From assembly GCF_006345805.1 (NCBI RefSeq), contig NC_043014.1:14446001-14510000 (forward strand): 64,000 bases of DNA, read 5' to 3'. The notes beneath the pieces are model-generated. The model was not told the origin of the DNA. It ran no database searches and saw nothing but the letters and a program-made list of their open reading frames with translations. Positions 54,776-60,646 of this stretch are shown here, one piece after another (position 1 is the stretch's first letter; each line of letters starts with the position of its first letter). This DNA is from Octopus sinensis. Taxonomy: Eukaryota. Position numbers and translations under genes: made by a program.

Positions 54776-55001
54776 GATGGGCTTTCAGTTACCATCTACC
54801 AAATCCACTCACAAAGCTATAGTGGAAGACACTAGCTCAAGGTGCCACACAGTAGGACTGAACCCAGAACCATGTGATTGGGAAGCAAGCTTCTTACCAC
54901 ACAGTCATCTCATTATGATCATGTAACATCTTTTTTCCCATACTGGCATGGGTTGGACAGTTTGACAAGAGAAGATGAGCCAAAGGGTACTGCTAGGTTA
55001 A

Positions 55002-55033
<32 letters not shown>

Positions 55034-55224
55034 CATCATCATCATCATCATCATCTTCATCGTTTAGCATCCGTTTTCCATGCTAGCATGGGTTGGACGG
55101 TTCTACTGGGGTCTGTGAAGCCAGAAGGCTTCATCAGGCCCAGTCAAATCTGGCAGTGTTTCTACGGCTGGATGCCCTTCCTAACGCCAACCACTCCGTG
55201 ACATATATATGTATATATATATAT

Positions 55225-55256
<32 letters not shown>

Positions 55257-55283
55257 TATAGATACGTATATATAGATGTATAT

Positions 55284-55321
<38 letters not shown>

Positions 55322-58300
55322 ACAATCAAGGAACGGCCATAATAGGCCATTCACCCACTAGAAATAACAGCCAAAGCTTCAACCGCAAAATAACATTAAT
55401 TCCGCAAACCAGGAGAAAATTAAAAAACATTTACCCTGTAATTTCTTATACGATGCACCGTTTCATCTACTGTTTAATGGTAAACTAACCTGATTAAATT
55501 AAATCAAGCCAATCTTCCATAGGCCTTAGATTCGTCAGTAAGAAATAGCCAGATCGGAACAGATATTTTCACGAGGCATTTCTGTCCCTGCCTCGGCAAT
55601 ATCTGACCTAAAATTTTCAAATCATCGCACTCGCGCCAAATTTATCGGCAGCAAATAAATATAAGCCGCCGATTCCATTACGGAATCAACCAGAACATTC
55701 ATAATTAATCAATATAGGGTGGCAAAAAATTTTGTAGAATTTTTTTGCCACCAGCGGCCTAGTGGGAAAAAATTAAATAGTCATAGACCATTTATAAGTT
55801 CAACATCAACAATCAAGGAACGGCCATAATAGGCCATTCACCCACTAGAAATAACAGCCAAAGCTTCAACCGCAAAATAACATTAATTCCGCAAACCAGG
55901 AGAAAATTAAAAAACATTTACCCTGTAATTTCTCCTGGTTTGCGGAATTAATGTTATTTTGCGGTTGAAGCTTTGGCTGTTATTTCTAGTGGGTGAATGG
56001 CCTATTATGGCTGTTCCTTGATTGTTGATGTTGAACTTATAAATGGTCTATGACTATTTAATTTTTTCCCACTAGGCCACTGGTGGCAAAAAAAATTCTA
56101 CAAAATTTTTTGCCACCCTATATTGATTAATTATATATATATATATATGTGTATATAGATATATGTATATATATGTATATAGATATATGTATATATATAT
56201 ACGTATATATATATATATGTGTGTGTGTATATATATATATATATATACATATCAATGATAAAGTGATTGTTTCTTATTAGGAACAATAGGGTTAATAAGA
56301 CTGCTATAGAAGTGCTCAAGTAAATGAGACGAGTATAACAAACTTTGGTTGTAGAACAAACAACAAATTTAAGGTCATCCACTTAACATATCACATCTCG
56401 AACATTTAATCACATATCACAGAAGATGAAACAATATTTCATTTAGACAAACATATATAAAAAATGTGAGTACAGTCTATCACAATTGAAAATTAATATT
56501 TCAGCATCTAAGAAAAAATTTTTTTAACATTATAACACCTAGAATAATAAATATATAAAAATACGTATATATAAGAAACATAAATATATAAGGTATAGAT
56601 AAAAGTTCATTGATTAAGAATTTTTTACGATTAAAAGTTACTTTTTAAGATAAGGGGAAACCTATTAAGAAAAGCCAGTGTCCAAGCAAAAAAAAAAAAA
56701 TGTATTTACAGTCCCTATGGCTATTTCAGGGGTTCATCAGTGTATTTAATGCACAAGGGTGCATTACGATAATGACTCCTTCGTCAGGGGAAAATAATAA
56801 AACATCACATACCAAGACGAGACTTCTTTAGAAAAAGCCTTTTTCTTTTCTAAAGAAATGATGAATGTAAAAATGTAAAATAGTGCCAGTAGATAAGACG
56901 AAACATAAACTCACATTGTCCTTGAACTGGTCAGGTCTCCATCTATGAGCCAGGTGAAGGGCAAACATGAGCTGGTCGGCCTTAAATAATGACCGACACA
57001 CTGACTTGTAGACAAGGTGTAACAGGTGCTTCTGCAGAAGTTTGATGCGAGACTCTGTGTTGTTGGTGCTTTCATCCTGTGACCGGGAGGAAACATACAA
57101 TATACAATATAATGGACGTTAGGGATTAGAATATCTTTCATCGTAGGTTTGCTTGACTGAGGCTGACTTAGAAACCAAACAAACTATAACCTCAACAACA
57201 ACAACAACAGCAAACTTAGTCTTGACCCTTTAGCATTTAAACTGGACATATCCGGCCCAAATATTTTACATGTTACGGCAATGTACTTGCATAGCAAGTG
57301 ATTTGATCTGAGATCGTGTGCTGGAACGAAAACAATTGCAGCATGGAAGGTGTTTGTAAGCCATTTAAGAAACACACAAAAGCCGTTCGATTCACTTCAA
57401 CATTTAAGTTTAATTTGTCAAAATATTTTCGTCAGCTGAGATGCAGCACGGATTTTTGTCAGTGAACAAGTCGCGGTCTTATAGCAACAAAAATATTTTG
57501 ACAAATTAAACTTAAATGTTGAAGTGAATCAAACGGCTTTTGTGTGTTTCTTAAATGGCTTACAAACACCTTCCATGCTGCAATTGTTTATTTTACATGT
57601 TTTATGGTGAAAACAACCAAATCTGGCTTCTCACACCTACCCTACAATGTCACTCTAAAAATATAAAATAAAAAATAAATGTGCCCCTTGAAAGCCTAGC
57701 CAGGCTGATGGGCCTGGTTTCCTGGTTTCTATGGCGTATGTGTTCCGCAGTTGGACGGGACGCCAGTCCATCGCAGCGTTACTCATTTTTGCCAGCTGAG
57801 TGGACTGGAGCAACGTGAAATGAAGTGTTTTGCTCAAGAACACAATGCATCGCCCGGTCCAGGAATCGAAACCACAATCTTACGATCATGATGCTGACAC
57901 CCTAACCACTAAGACACGCACCTCCACACTCTAAAAATATACACTCATTGAAATCTCAAAGCCATAAGATAATGCAGAATTAATTCAAAACAATGTAAAT
58001 AAACATACATTTGATAGAGTAAATCTGAATGATTGAGGGTTAAGTAACTAAATAAACTTCAATGATTATCAGGTGATTGCGACAGTGACTTACAGCACAA
58101 TCTCTGTTCTCAAAAATAAAGGTATTGCACTTACGTAGATCGCCTGCAGAGTTCTTTGGAAAAGACGTAGAAATGAACTTAAGCTGAAACAATACATATT
58201 GTTGATCTTCACTAAGTCCTTTATCACAAAATACAGTCGACTGCCATTCTCTGCAAGGGGTAGATAGGTGTTTCTTTCCTGCAAGGAAAACAAAAGAAGC

Positions 58301-59295
58301 ATCATAGTCATTACCATCAAATAGGTTGTATAAAGGTGTTTGTTAGCCAGGCTGTCTGTATTGTTTTACTCAATAGGTTTTAAATTGACTTAAGGGTAAG
58401 GTCAGGGGTCAACTGCCATAAAGATTAAACTGGCCAATGATAATATATATCTTTAGATAGCAAGAAAACTATGAAAGATATCTATATATCTATATCTATA
58501 TATAACCAAGAAAAAAGCAACAAGAATGAATTAGTAGTCTAGTACAATTGTTTCATACCAAGAACAATTTTATTTAAAGCTGCAAGTATTGCAGCAAATA
58601 CAAATGTCCAGTATTCATCAGCTAAATCATATATATGTTTTCCAGACATCCTAGGGAGTGTGTCTATCCTCATGAAGTATTAGGAATGAGTTCTATGAAA
58701 TTTAAAGTCAAATTATAAGCAGACTCAAATTGCTTTCTAATGATGCACAGTTTTATAAAAAGTTTTTAAAAAGATTGTTAACTTCCCAGAGAAGGTGAAT
58801 CCATCCATAAAAATGCAGATATAATTTCCGGAGACATGAGGAAAGCTGTTGATCACACAGCGGTTCATTTCACAACTAAGCTGTTGCAAACAGCTTATAT
58901 CTATATATATATAGTCATTATAGATATAGGGTGAAATATAATTAATTTAGTAAAATCAACAAATTTCACTTAGTAGTATTTTGGTATGGAAAAGGACCAT
59001 ATTCGGTAAAAATTTATATAATTATAATAATAAGGGTTTTTTGCAACAAGTGGCTTAAACCACATACCGAAAATTTTAGAAATAGCAGCCAAAAGACTAC
59101 TATTTCCTTTTACTACAAAAATAAGTCTCCACAGACAACAATATTTGTAACTCACATATGGCAAAAAAAGAAGAAAAATAATGAAATCACAGAGTCTTCG
59201 GTTAAACGAAATAGTAGTCTTTTGGCTGCTATTTCCAAAATTTTTGGTATGTGGTTTAAGCAACTTGTCGCAAAAAACCCTTATTATTATAATTA

Positions 59296-59329
<34 letters not shown>

Positions 59330-59330
59330 G

Positions 59331-59384
<54 letters not shown>

Positions 59385-60059
59385 TTTATTCTTTTACTTG
59401 TTTCAGTCATTTGACTGTGGCCATGCTGGAGCACTGCCTTGAAAGATTTTAGAAATTGATCCCAGGGCTTATTTTTTAAAGCCTGGTATTTATTCTATTG
59501 GTCTCTTTTGCCAAACCACTAAGTTACAATGACATAAACACACCAACACCAGTTGTCAAGTGGTGACGTGGGCAAACACAGACGCAAAGACATATACATA
59601 CATGCATACACACACACATATATACACACACACAACAGGCTTCTTTCAGTTTCCATCTACCAAATCCACTCACAAGGCTTTCATTGGGCATGAAACAATA
59701 TTAGAAGACACTTGCCCAAAATATTATGGTATTTTAACATTGAAAAAAAAAAATTTTGTAATGCTCATCAAGTTAAATTAGTACTTTCATACATAGTGTA
59801 AGCATCAGATTTCAAATGTGTTTAACTGCCAGTTGAGTTCTTGACAATTTTAGTACCTCTCAGAATGCTCCAACAAGCTGAATTTCTAGAATACCTTTTT
59901 GACCAATCTGCATTCAGCTTAAACATCATAGTTTGCTAAACATACCAATATTCTGTAACTTGTTTATATTCATATGCTACAGATATTTTGTAATCCACAT
60001 CATTAACTGGTTGTTATATTACTGCTGTTATTTCTGTTAACTTTATTCACTGATATATT

Positions 60060-60101
<42 letters not shown>

Positions 60102-60452
60102 ATTTATATATATATATATATATTATATATATCATCATCATCATCGTTTAACATCCGCTTTCCATGCTAGCATGGGTTGGATGATTTAACTGAGGAGTGG
60201 TGAACCAGATGGCTGTACCAGGCCCCAATCTTTATCTGGCAGAGTTTCTACAGCTTGATGCCCTTCCTAACGCCAACCATTCCGAGAGTATAGTAGGTGC
60301 ATTATGTGCCACCGGCACGAGGGCCAGTCAGGTGGTACTGGCAACAGCCACGCCCAAATGGTGTTTATTTTTACGTGCCACCTGCACACTGGCACACGTA
60401 CCAGTAAGGCGACACTGGTAACGATCACGGTCAAATGGTTGTTTTTGCATGC

Positions 60453-60494
<42 letters not shown>

Positions 60495-60611
60495 CATACA
60501 TATACATACATGCATATACACACACACACATATATATACATACATACATATACATACATGCATACACACACACACACATATATATACATACATACATATA
60601 CATACATGCAT

Positions 60612-60646
<35 letters not shown>

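Noticed and set aside
55715-56120. Reading the palindrome as a hAT-type MITE starting TAGGGTGGC
   Set aside because: The flanks are inverted rather than direct (no 8-bp TSD), the symmetry extends beyond the putative TIR, and the left arm is continuous with the 487-bp tandem unit.
56705-56800. Minus-strand CTGACGAA and CTGATGAA..GAAA hammerhead-like words
   Set aside because: Stem II is at most 1 bp and stem I cannot pair adjacent to the core; probably chance.
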